Shown here piece after piece: positions 9,456 to 18,415 of a DNA stretch of 64,000 nucleotides. The DNA is from Acidobacteriota bacterium. Its GTDB lineage: Bacteria > Bacteroidota > Ignavibacteria > UBA10030 > UBA8401. Position 1 is the stretch's first letter. Each line of letters starts with the position of its first letter. Where the stretch lies: NCBI GenBank assembly GCA_050258555.1, contig JBLMZA010000129.1, forward strand, positions 21,026-85,025. Reading direction: 5' to 3'. The position numbers and the translations under genes were made by a program. Below the pieces are notes generated by a model. It was not told the DNA's origin. It did no database searches and worked only from the letters and a program-made list of their open reading frames with translations.

Positions 9456-11339
9456 ATGGAATGCATGAGGAATATTGTTTCGGCTCTATCGATGCTTGCT
9501 GTGTTTGGAACCACGCTTGCGGCCTTGGCCGCGCCGGCAGTGCCGCAGAAACCCGTGACGCGCTCGGGCGACAGAAGCGTTGTCGTGCACTGGAATCAGA
9601 ATACGGATACGGAGACCACGGGCTACAGAGTCTACCGGGCCACGAGCATCGCGGGGCCGTATCAGGAGCTCACCTCCTCGAACGCCGCGGAGCTTTCCGG
9701 ATATGCCGATTGTTCGGTCTCGAACAACCGGCGCTACTTCTATTATGTGCGCGCCCAGAACGCGCAGCAGGAACTCTCCGCGAGCTCCGATACGGTCGAC
9801 GCCGCGCCGCAGAGCTTTGCGTCAGACGAGGCGTTTCTTGACTACGTCGAACAGACGGCCTTCGATTATTTCTGGTATGAAGCCAATCCCTCAAACGGAC
9901 TCGTGAAGGATCGCAGCACGCGCGGATCCTCATCGAGCATCGCCGCCACGGGCTTCGGCCTCACGGCAATCGGCATCGGCATCGACCGCGGCTGGATCAC
10001 GCGCCAGGAAGGCAGGGAGCGCACGATGGCCGCCCTCTCCACATTCTGGCAGGGACCCCAAAGCGTGCTGCCCTCAGGCATGATCGGATACAGGGGCTGG
10101 TTCTATCATTTCCTTGATATGAAAAACGCCGTGCGCGCCGGAACTTCCGAGCTCTCATCGATCGATACGGGACTGCTGCTTGCGGGCATCCTTTTTTCAA
10201 AGCAGTATTTTGAAGGAAGCGACACCACGGAAGTCCGCATCCGCGCGCTTGCCGATTCGATCATCCGGCGCGTCGACTGGAACTGGATGCGCAATAACGG
10301 CTCGACGCTCACCATGGGATGGAATCCGGGCTCGGGCTTCATCAACGCGCGCTGGACGGGATACAACGAGGCGATGATCCTCTATATTCTCGGCATCGGC
10401 GCGCCCTCCGCTCCGCTTCCTTCATCGAGCTGGAGCGCCTGGACATCGACCTATCAGTGGTTCTTCAATACGTGGCTCGGCGACTACTTCGTGCAGTTTC
10501 CTCCGCTCTTCGGGCATCAGTATTCGCACTGCTGGGTCGACTTCAGAGCGATCGCCGACGGCTACATGAAGTCGAAGGGCATCACGTATTTCGAAAATTC
10601 GCGCCGGGCGACATTGGCCCAGCGCCTCTACTGCATCGACAATCCGCGCGGCGCCACAGGCTACGGACCCAATGTCTGGGGCATCACGGCCTCCGATGTG
10701 CCGACGGGCTATGCCGCGCGCGGCACGAACTATAACGACGACGGCACGATCAACCCGACCGCTCCCGGCGGCTCGATGCCCTTCGCACCCGAATTCTGCC
10801 TGCCCGCACTCAAGACCATGTACGAGCTCTACCGCGAGAAGATCTGGACGCCGTACGGGTTTTCGGATGCGTTCAATCTGAGCGTCACGCCCGCATGGTT
10901 CGATCCGGCCGTCCTGGGCATCGATCAGGGACCGATCGTGATCATGATTGAAAACTACCGCACAGGCTCTGTCTGGAATCGATTCATGAAGGAAAAGATC
11001 GTCGCCGACGGATTGGCCCGGGCCGGCTTCACGAGCGTCACATCGGTCGAAGACCGCGACGGGGCGCTCGCTCCGCACGCATATCGGCTTGAACAGAATT
11101 ATCCCAATCCCTTCAATCCGGCAACGGAGATCCGGTTTCATCTTGGCGCGCAGGCCCGCGTCATACTCAGCATCTCGAATGTGCTCGGAGAGGAAGTCTC
11201 GCGCCCCATCGACGGCGTTCTTGCATCGGGCGCTCACCAGGTGAGCGTTGATGCCGGGAAGTGGGCAAGCGGCGTCTATTTCTATACGCTCAAAGCCGGA
11301 GCCTTTACACAGACACGCAGGATGCTTCTTCTGCGATAG
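9456..11339 (+). CDS. GH144 (glucoamylase-like PF10091) endo-beta-1,2-glucanase-type enzyme with N-terminal FN3 and T9SS type A CTD
   Basis: SIAATGFGL, GWFYHFLD, ELSSIDT, GYNEAMILY, PLFGHQYSH, YFENSRRA, WGITASD, YGFSDAFN, GIDQGPI motifs; YPNPFNP CTD. Confidence 0.88.
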   Translation: MECMRNIVSALSMLAVFGTTLAALAAPAVPQKPVTRSGDRSVVVHWNQNTDTETTGYRVYRATSIAGPYQELTSSNAAELSGYADCSVSNNRRYFYYVRAQNAQQELSASSDTVDAAPQSFASDEAFLDYVEQTAFDYFWYEANPSNGLVKDRSTRGSSSSIAATGFGLTAIGIGIDRGWITRQEGRERTMAALSTFWQGPQSVLPSGMIGYRGWFYHFLDMKNAVRAGTSELSSIDTGLLLAGILFSKQYFEGSDTTEVRIRALADSIIRRVDWNWMRNNGSTLTMGWNPGSGFINARWTGYNEAMILYILGIGAPSAPLPSSSWSAWTSTYQWFFNTWLGDYFVQFPPLFGHQYSHCWVDFRAIADGYMKSKGITYFENSRRATLAQRLYCIDNPRGATGYGPNVWGITASDVPTGYAARGTNYNDDGTINPTAPGGSMPFAPEFCLPALKTMYELYREKIWTPYGFSDAFNLSVTPAWFDPAVLGIDQGPIVIMIENYRTGSVWNRFMKEKIVADGLARAGFTSVTSVEDRDGALAPHAYRLEQNYPNPFNPATEIRFHLGAQARVILSISNVLGEEVSRPIDGVLASGAHQVSVDAGKWASGVYFYTLKAGAFTQTRRMLLLR

Positions 11340-11342
11340 TGA

Positions 11343-14300
11343 ATGAAAAAGCCTATGACGATCCTGATGCGCATGCGGGTTTGCTTCCTTCTCACGCTTA
11401 TGATGCTCGTCTCTGTGCCGGGTTTCGGCATCGCGGCAGGGGACGATGCGCCGCGCCTGCTCGATGATTTTGAAACATTGTCCTCCTGGCACCCGATCGT
11501 TTCCGAAGGCGCGAAGCTGTCGCTCTCGCTTCAGAAGGATGACCGCACGGGCTCATCCTGCATGGCGATGGATTTCGAACTCGTGGGCGTCTACGGGTAT
11601 GTGATCGCCGAGAAGGATGTCTCGATCGATGTGCCGGAGAACTACGAGTTCACGTTCGATTTGAAGGCGGACATCCCGGTCAATAATTTCGAATTCAAGC
11701 TCATCGACGAGAAGGAGAATGTCTTCTGGATCAAGAAGTTGAATGTCGAGTATCCGAAAAACTGGCAGAAGCAGACGATCAAGAAGCGGCACATCACATT
11801 TGCCTGGGGACCGACGAAGGGGGCGGAGCTGCGTCATGTGAAGAAACTGCAGATCGTGGTTTCTTCGGGACAGGGAGGCCGGGGGCGCGTCCTGGTCGAC
11901 AACCTGAAATTTGAAGCGCTGAAGGATCCTTCCGCGATCGATGCGCGCGGCACATTCTCGTCGTCGAGCGCACATGCGGAAGCCCGGATCGATGTCAAAG
12001 GCGGCGTGCTTTCCGACTGGCAGAGCGGAGAAAAGGATTCGGCCTGGATCGTGATCTCGTACAATTATCTGAAGGAAATCGGCGGCCTCATGCTCGAGTG
12101 GAACGGCACGCGCTTTGCGCGGCGCTATGCGGTCGAGCTTTCGGATGACGGCAAAGAGTGGATGACGGCCTACGAAGTGAAGGAAGGCAATGGCGGACGC
12201 GACTGGATCTATCTGCCCGAGAAGGAAGGCCGTGCGCTGCGCCTCCGGTTTTTTGAAAGCAACGATGGCACAGGCTACTCGCTGCGGCGCATGGAAGTGA
12301 AGGGATCGGAGTTTTCGCTCGATGCGAATCATTTTTTTTCGGCGATGGCGCAGGAAAGCGCAAAAGGCCGCTTCCCGAAATATTTTCTGAACCAGGCGAG
12401 CTATTGGACGATCGCCGGTGCGAATGCCGACCGGAAGGAAGCGCTCATCAATGAAGAGGGCATGATCGAAGTCGACAAGGAAGCCTTCTCGATCGAGCCC
12501 TTTCTCCTGCTTGACGGAAAACTTGTCGCATGGAGCGATGTCGAGTGCACGCAGTCGCTCGAAGACGGATATCTTCCCATTCCCTCCGTCACCTGGAAGC
12601 AGGATTCGCTCACGCTTCGCATTCGGCTTCTTGCTTCCGGCGAAGCCGGACGCTCGCTTTTGATCGCCTCATACAGGCTTGTGAATACGCGCGCACGTGC
12701 GCTGGAAGGAACGCTCTTTCTTGCCCTGCGTCCCTTCCAGGTGAATCCGCCCTGGCAGTGGCTCAACAGCCTGGGCGGGGTCTCGCATCTGAAGACGATC
12801 GAGATGGGGCCGGATCTGATCAGAGCCGATGACCGCCGTGTGGTTCCGCTTGCGCGTCCCGACGCCTTCGGCGCCGCCATATTCGACAGCGGCGACATCA
12901 CCGAGTATCTTGCCCGGGGGAGCGTGCCCGAGGCGCACAGCGTCTCCGATCCTGCGGGCTTTGCCTCGGCGGCGATCGGGTACCGCTTCAGACTCGCGCC
13001 CGGCGATTCGGCAGAGTATCACATGGCCGTGCCCTTCCATGAGGCGACCCCGCTGCCGCATGCGGCAATGGAGGATGGCGGAAGATCGTTCGTGAAGGCG
13101 GCCGTCGATTCGACATCCAGGTTCTGGAAGCGGAAGCTCGACAGAGTCGGCATCCGTCTTCCCCGATCGGCCATGGATGTCATCAACACCGTGAAGTCGA
13201 ATCTCGCCTACATCCTCATCAACCGGGACAGCGCGGGCATACAGCCGGGGTCGAGAAACTATGAACGCTCCTGGATCCGCGACGGCTCGCTCACATCGAC
13301 CGCGCTGCTGCAATTGGGCATCGACAAGGAAGTGAGGGAATATCTCGACTGGTATGCCGGCTTCCAATATCCGTCGGGCAAGATCCCGTGCGTGGTCGAC
13401 CGGCGCGGCGCCGATCCGACGCCGGAGCACGACAGCCACGGCGAATTTCTCTATGCCATCCGCACGTATTTCCAATATTCGCGCGATACCTCATGGCTCA
13501 GAGGAAAATTCGACCGGGTCGTGAAGACCGTGCGCTACATCCATGAGCTGAGAGCCGAGCGCATGACCGGGCGCTACCGAAGCGGCGCGAAGGAGGAGCA
13601 CGCGCTCTACGGACTCCTTCCCGAATCGATCAGCCACGAAGGCTATTCGGATATGCCGCGGCATTCGTACTGGGACGATTTCTTCGCGCTGCGCGGATTG
13701 AAGGATGCCGAGGCCATGGCGCGGGCGCTCAAGGAGGCGGGATACGCGCGTGAGTTCGCGCGCGAGCGCGACGAGTTCCGCCGCGATCTCTACGCCTCGA
13801 TGCGCCTGGCGATGAAGAATACGAAGATCGATTTCATTCCGGGATGCGCCGAGCTCGGAGACTTCGACGCCACATCGACCACGATCGGCATCATGCCCGG
13901 GGGCGAGCTGGGAAATATTCCCGAGCCGGCCCTGCACAACACGTTCGAAAAATATTACGCGTATTTCAGCAGCCGGAAAAATGATGCGATTGCCTGGACG
14001 AACTACACGCCGTATGAAAACCGCGTGATCGGCACATTCGTCATGCTCGGCGAAAAGGACCGGGCGCAGGAGGCGATGCGTTATTTCCTGCATGACCGCC
14101 GGCCTGCTGCATGGAATCACTGGGCCGAAGTCGTGTGGCGCGACCCCTCGACGCCGAAATTCATCGGCGATATGCCGCACACCTGGGTCGGCTCGGATTT
14201 CATCCGCTCCATCCGGGCGATGTTCGTTTATGAGCGCGAGAAGGATCAGTCGCTTGTGATCGGCGCGGGCATTCCCGAAGCATGGCTTTCCGATTCTGCG

Positions 14301-14549
14301 GGCGTTTCCGTTTCCGCGCTGCCGACGGTCTACGGGCGCCTCAGTTTTACGATGACGAAGAAGGAGCATTCCGCCATTGTCTTTGTCTCGGGCGCCGAGC
14401 TTCAGATGCCCGAAGGCGGCATCATTCTTCACTCGCCGCTCGACCGACCGGTGAAAGCCGTGCGCGTTGACGGCGGACGACTCCGCGCGATGCATGCGCG
14501 AAGCATTCTTGTGCGATCGCTGCCGGCGAGCGTGGAATTTTTCTATTGA
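11343..14549 (+). CDS. Discoidin (F5/8C, CBM32-like) domain protein with CBM11-like N-terminus and unclassified (alpha/alpha)6 glycoside hydrolase-like domain
   Basis: Signal peptide; LLDDFE start of galactose-binding-like domain; YAVELSDDGKEW discoidin motif; C-terminal SWIRDGS, EHDSHG, ESISHEGY, HSYWDDFFALRGL, GDMPHTW six-hairpin motifs; no T9SS CTD. Confidence 0.75.
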   Translation: MKKPMTILMRMRVCFLLTLMMLVSVPGFGIAAGDDAPRLLDDFETLSSWHPIVSEGAKLSLSLQKDDRTGSSCMAMDFELVGVYGYVIAEKDVSIDVPENYEFTFDLKADIPVNNFEFKLIDEKENVFWIKKLNVEYPKNWQKQTIKKRHITFAWGPTKGAELRHVKKLQIVVSSGQGGRGRVLVDNLKFEALKDPSAIDARGTFSSSSAHAEARIDVKGGVLSDWQSGEKDSAWIVISYNYLKEIGGLMLEWNGTRFARRYAVELSDDGKEWMTAYEVKEGNGGRDWIYLPEKEGRALRLRFFESNDGTGYSLRRMEVKGSEFSLDANHFFSAMAQESAKGRFPKYFLNQASYWTIAGANADRKEALINEEGMIEVDKEAFSIEPFLLLDGKLVAWSDVECTQSLEDGYLPIPSVTWKQDSLTLRIRLLASGEAGRSLLIASYRLVNTRARALEGTLFLALRPFQVNPPWQWLNSLGGVSHLKTIEMGPDLIRADDRRVVPLARPDAFGAAIFDSGDITEYLARGSVPEAHSVSDPAGFASAAIGYRFRLAPGDSAEYHMAVPFHEATPLPHAAMEDGGRSFVKAAVDSTSRFWKRKLDRVGIRLPRSAMDVINTVKSNLAYILINRDSAGIQPGSRNYERSWIRDGSLTSTALLQLGIDKEVREYLDWYAGFQYPSGKIPCVVDRRGADPTPEHDSHGEFLYAIRTYFQYSRDTSWLRGKFDRVVKTVRYIHELRAERMTGRYRSGAKEEHALYGLLPESISHEGYSDMPRHSYWDDFFALRGLKDAEAMARALKEAGYAREFARERDEFRRDLYASMRLAMKNTKIDFIPGCAELGDFDATSTTIGIMPGGELGNIPEPALHNTFEKYYAYFSSRKNDAIAWTNYTPYENRVIGTFVMLGEKDRAQEAMRYFLHDRRPAAWNHWAEVVWRDPSTPKFIGDMPHTWVGSDFIRSIRAMFVYEREKDQSLVIGAGIPEAWLSDSAGVSVSALPTVYGRLSFTMTKKEHSAIVFVSGAELQMPEGGIILHSPLDRPVKAVRVDGGRLRAMHARSILVRSLPASVEFFY

Positions 14550-14608
14550 CAACGAACAACGAATTCTTTTTATAGAGCAGAGAGAAAGAGAGAGAGGAAG
14601 AGCACACC

Positions 14609-16999
14609 GTGAAACAGTTCAAAACGAAATACGGACATTTTTCGGACGACGGCCGGGAATTCGTCATCACCACGCCGCGCACGCCGCGGCCATGGGCCAA
14701 TGTCGTCACCAACGGAGACTTCGGCTTCATCGTCTCGCAGACAGGCGGCGGATACACTTGGAAGACCAATGCGCAATTGAACCGCATCACGCGCTGGGAG
14801 CAGGACATGATCAAGGATGAGTGGGGCAAATACCTCTACATCCGCGACAACGAGTCCGAAGAGTTCTGGTCCGCGGCCTGGAAGCCCGTCTGCCGTGAGC
14901 CCGAGGAGTATGAAGTCCGGCACGGCATCGGCTACACATCGATCCGTTCGGTCAATGCCGGCATCGAAACCGAGACGGTGATGTTCGTGCCGAACGACGA
15001 TCCGGTCGAGCTCTGGAATGTGACGGTGCGCAACCGCTCGCGCCGCACCCGCCGGCTCTCGCTCTTCACGTATTTCGAATGGAACCTGGGCGCCGCGCCG
15101 GACTGGCACCGCGAGTTTCACAAATGCTTCCTCCGCACCGAATACGACGCGGCGCACCATGCGCTCTTCGGCACCAAGCGCCTGTGGGAAGTCCCGTCGG
15201 AACGCGGACACTGGAACCGCGACTGGGAATACGTCGCCTTCCACAGCTCGAACCTTCGTCCCGCATCCTATGACGGAGACAAGGAGTCCTTCATCGGCAT
15301 GTACGGCTCGCAGCGCGCGCCTCAGGCCGTCGTGGCGAAGAAGATGGGGCGGCGCACCGGAGACTGGCTCGATGCGATCGGAAGCCTGCAATTGAATGTC
15401 ACGCTTGCGCCGAAAGAGTCGAAGGAAATCGTCTTCACGCTTGGCGCCGCGCCTTCGAAGGAAGAAGCCGAAGGGATCATCAAAAAATATCGCCGGCCGA
15501 ACCATGTGCACGAGGCGTTTGCATCGATGCAGGAGAGGTGGGACGGGCTCTTAAGCGCAAGCGAAGTCGAAACGCCCGATCCGGCCGCGAACATCATGCT
15601 CAACACGTGGCTCAAGTATCAGGCCATTGCCGGCCGCCTCTGGGGCCGCACAGGCTACTATCAGACCGGAGGCGCATACGGCTTCCGCGACCAATTGCAG
15701 GACAGCCAGATCTTTCTGCCGATCGATCCCATGCGCACCAAAGAGCAGATCAGGCTTCATGCGCGTCATCAGTTCCGTGACGGCACGGTCTATCACTGGT
15801 GGCATCCGCTTTCGGAAATCGGCCTGCCCACCGAGATGACCGATGATCTTCTGTGGCTTCCGTTTCTCGTGCTTCAATACATCGAGGAAACAGGCGATCG
15901 GGAGATCCTTCGCGAAGCGGAGCCGTTCCTTGATGACGCGGCAGGCGCGAACCTCTATGCGCACTGCGTGCGCGCGATCGAAAAAGTGCTCTCGCGATTG
16001 AGTGCGCGCGGACTCCCGCTCATCGGCGCAGGTGACTGGAATGACGGATTAAGCGCGGTGGGGCTCGGCTGGAAAGGCGAATCGATCTGGCTCGGAGAGT
16101 TTCTCCACCGCATTCTCGTCGACTTCGCGATCGAAGCCGAGGCCTGGGGCGATGCCGAAACTGCCTCGCGCTTCAGTTCGCGCGCCTCGGCGCTCAAAGG
16201 CGCGCTCAATACGGAAGGATGGGACGGACAGTATTACTACGGCGCGACGAAGGATTCGGGAGAAAAACTCGGGAGCAGGGAAAGCCGCGAAAGCAGGGTC
16301 TGGCTCAACACGCAGACCTGGGCCGTGCTGGGAGATGTGGCCGAGCGGGCGCGTGCCGAAGAGGTGATGGATATTGTCGAGCGCGAACTCGAATTCAAGG
16401 CGGGCCCCGTCCTGCTGTATCCGGCCTATAAGACGCCCGATCCCGAAATCGGATATCTGACGCGCTACGGCGCGGGCATGAGAGAAAACGGCGGCGTCTA
16501 CACGCATGCGGCCACATGGGCCGTGATGGCCGAAGCGAAGCTCGGACGAGCCGAGGCGGCCTGGCGCATGTTCTCGAAGCTCAATCCGATCAACCGCGGC
16601 GCGCGCCCCGATGAATACACGGCCGAGCCCTACGTGACGCCCGGCAATATCGACGGACCGGACTCGCGCTTCTACGGACGGGGCGGATGGACCTGGTATA
16701 CGGGTTCGGCCGCATGGCTCTACAAGGCGGGCTTCGACTGGATCCTGGGCGTGCGCGCGCACAAAGACGGACTCATCGTCGCGCCCTGCATTCCTTCCTC
16801 ATGGAAAGAGTACCGTGTGAAACGCCTGTTCCGCGGTTCGGAATACCGGATCACGGTGGAAAATCCCGGCGGCGTTTCCGTCGGCATCACGCGCGTCAGC
16901 TTCGACGGCCGCGACCTTGCAATCGAACCCGGTGCGTCGTACATTGTGCTTCCGCAGGAAAGCGGAGACGTGCACGACGTGACGGTAGTCATGGGATGA
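14609..16999 (+). CDS. GH94 glycoside phosphorylase (cellobiose-phosphorylase size, specificity unknown)
   Basis: YGHFSDDGREFVI, TPRPWANV, GFRDQLQD, GDWNDGL (catalytic Asp), RENGGVYTHAATW, WYTGSAAW; no signal peptide; GTG start. Confidence 0.92.
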   Translation: MKQFKTKYGHFSDDGREFVITTPRTPRPWANVVTNGDFGFIVSQTGGGYTWKTNAQLNRITRWEQDMIKDEWGKYLYIRDNESEEFWSAAWKPVCREPEEYEVRHGIGYTSIRSVNAGIETETVMFVPNDDPVELWNVTVRNRSRRTRRLSLFTYFEWNLGAAPDWHREFHKCFLRTEYDAAHHALFGTKRLWEVPSERGHWNRDWEYVAFHSSNLRPASYDGDKESFIGMYGSQRAPQAVVAKKMGRRTGDWLDAIGSLQLNVTLAPKESKEIVFTLGAAPSKEEAEGIIKKYRRPNHVHEAFASMQERWDGLLSASEVETPDPAANIMLNTWLKYQAIAGRLWGRTGYYQTGGAYGFRDQLQDSQIFLPIDPMRTKEQIRLHARHQFRDGTVYHWWHPLSEIGLPTEMTDDLLWLPFLVLQYIEETGDREILREAEPFLDDAAGANLYAHCVRAIEKVLSRLSARGLPLIGAGDWNDGLSAVGLGWKGESIWLGEFLHRILVDFAIEAEAWGDAETASRFSSRASALKGALNTEGWDGQYYYGATKDSGEKLGSRESRESRVWLNTQTWAVLGDVAERARAEEVMDIVERELEFKAGPVLLYPAYKTPDPEIGYLTRYGAGMRENGGVYTHAATWAVMAEAKLGRAEAAWRMFSKLNPINRGARPDEYTAEPYVTPGNIDGPDSRFYGRGGWTWYTGSAAWLYKAGFDWILGVRAHKDGLIVAPCIPSSWKEYRVKRLFRGSEYRITVENPGGVSVGITRVSFDGRDLAIEPGASYIVLPQESGDVHDVTVVMG

Positions 17000-18408
17000 G
17001 CGAGATGCGACTGACAACGATACTGTGGTGTTTCTGCTTCCTGATGGCGTGCCCGGACCGGTCCGAGTCGGCCTCGGGCCGCTCCGCGGCTTCTCCGTAT
17101 TTCAGAGACGGATTCTTGGACACGCTGCAGCGCCGGACGTTTCTCTACTTCTGGGAACAATCGGATCCCGTGCGCGGCATGACGCCCGACCGTGCGCCGA
17201 CGCGCACATTCTCGAGCGTGGCGGCCACGGGCTTCGCGCTCACCTGTTATCCGATCGGCGCGGAGCGCGGCTATGTGACGCGCGCTGCGGCAGCAAAGCG
17301 CGTGCGTGCCGCGCTGAAATTTTTCCACACGGCTCCGCAATCATCCGATGCGTCGAAGGCATCGGGGTATCGGGGATTTTTCTATCACTTCCTCGATCTT
17401 GAAACCGGGCTGCGCTTCGAGCGCACGGAGCTTTCGACGATCGACACGGCATTGCTGCTTGCAGGCATGCTCTTTTGCCAGTCGTATTTCGACCGGAGGA
17501 CAACAGAGGAGACCGAGATCCGCGCGCTTGCCGATTCGATCTACCGGCGCATCGAATGGAACTGGGCGATGAACGGTGGTCCGACGCTCTCGATGGGCTG
17601 GCATCCCGAAGACGGATTCATCCGCGCGCGCTGGCGCGGCTATAACGAGGCGATGCTTCTGTATGTGCTCGCACTCGGTTCGCCCACGCATCCGATTCCG
17701 GATACGGCATGGAGCGCGTGGACCGACACGTACATCTGGGCGCCGTATTATGGAATGCCCTTTGTGAGCTTCGGTCCGCTCTTCGGCCATCAGTATTCGC
17801 ACTGCTGGATCGACTTCCGCGGCATCCGCGACGAGTACATGCGCGCGCGGCAAATCGATTACTTCGAAAACTCACGGCGCGCCGTCTACTCGCAGCAAGC
17901 GTATGCGAAGGAAAATCCGCGGCGCTTCCGCGGCTATTCGGACAGCGTCTGGGGACTCACGGCCTGCGACGGACCCGGATCGTTCACGCTTCGTGTGGAC
18001 GGAGCGAAGCGCACATTCGACGGCTATGCCGCGCGCGGCTGCTCCTTCGACTGGGTGAACGACGACGGCACGATCGCCCCCACGGCCGCGGGAGGATCCC
18101 TGGCCTTTGCGCCCGAAATCGCGCTTCCGGCGCTCCGCGCGATGAAGGCGCGCTACGGCGAGCGCGTCTATCGGCGCTACGGCTTCATCGACGCCTTCAA
18201 TCCGACCTGCGTGAAGGATGCGCCCGAGGGATGGTTCGATCACGACTATCTCGGCATCGACCAGGGGCCGATCGTGATCATGATCGAGAATCTCCGCAAT
18301 GAATTTGTCTGGAAGACCATGAAAAAAAATCCGTATATCATCCGTGGACTGCGCCGGGCGGGATTCGGCGGCGGCTGGCTCGATGCGGCGAAGGAAAGCA
18401 GGCACTGA
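16996..18408 (+). CDS. Second GH144 enzyme, probable lipoprotein/periplasmic
   Basis: Start reassigned to ATG overlapping the GH94 stop (MSEMRLTTILWCFCFLMAC); SVAATGFAL, GFFYHFLD, ELSTIDT, GYNEAML, PLFGHQYSH, GIDQGPI; no T9SS CTD. Confidence 0.88.
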   Translation: MSEMRLTTILWCFCFLMACPDRSESASGRSAASPYFRDGFLDTLQRRTFLYFWEQSDPVRGMTPDRAPTRTFSSVAATGFALTCYPIGAERGYVTRAAAAKRVRAALKFFHTAPQSSDASKASGYRGFFYHFLDLETGLRFERTELSTIDTALLLAGMLFCQSYFDRRTTEETEIRALADSIYRRIEWNWAMNGGPTLSMGWHPEDGFIRARWRGYNEAMLLYVLALGSPTHPIPDTAWSAWTDTYIWAPYYGMPFVSFGPLFGHQYSHCWIDFRGIRDEYMRARQIDYFENSRRAVYSQQAYAKENPRRFRGYSDSVWGLTACDGPGSFTLRVDGAKRTFDGYAARGCSFDWVNDDGTIAPTAAGGSLAFAPEIALPALRAMKARYGERVYRRYGFIDAFNPTCVKDAPEGWFDHDYLGIDQGPIVIMIENLRNEFVWKTMKKNPYIIRGLRRAGFGGGWLDAAKESRH

Positions 18409-18415
18409 AGCGCGC

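Noticed and set aside
16687-16995. N-terminal extension of the second GH144 in the ORF track
   Set aside because: Overlaps the GH94 3' end; the ATG at 16996 gives a proper signal peptide and an ATGA overlap
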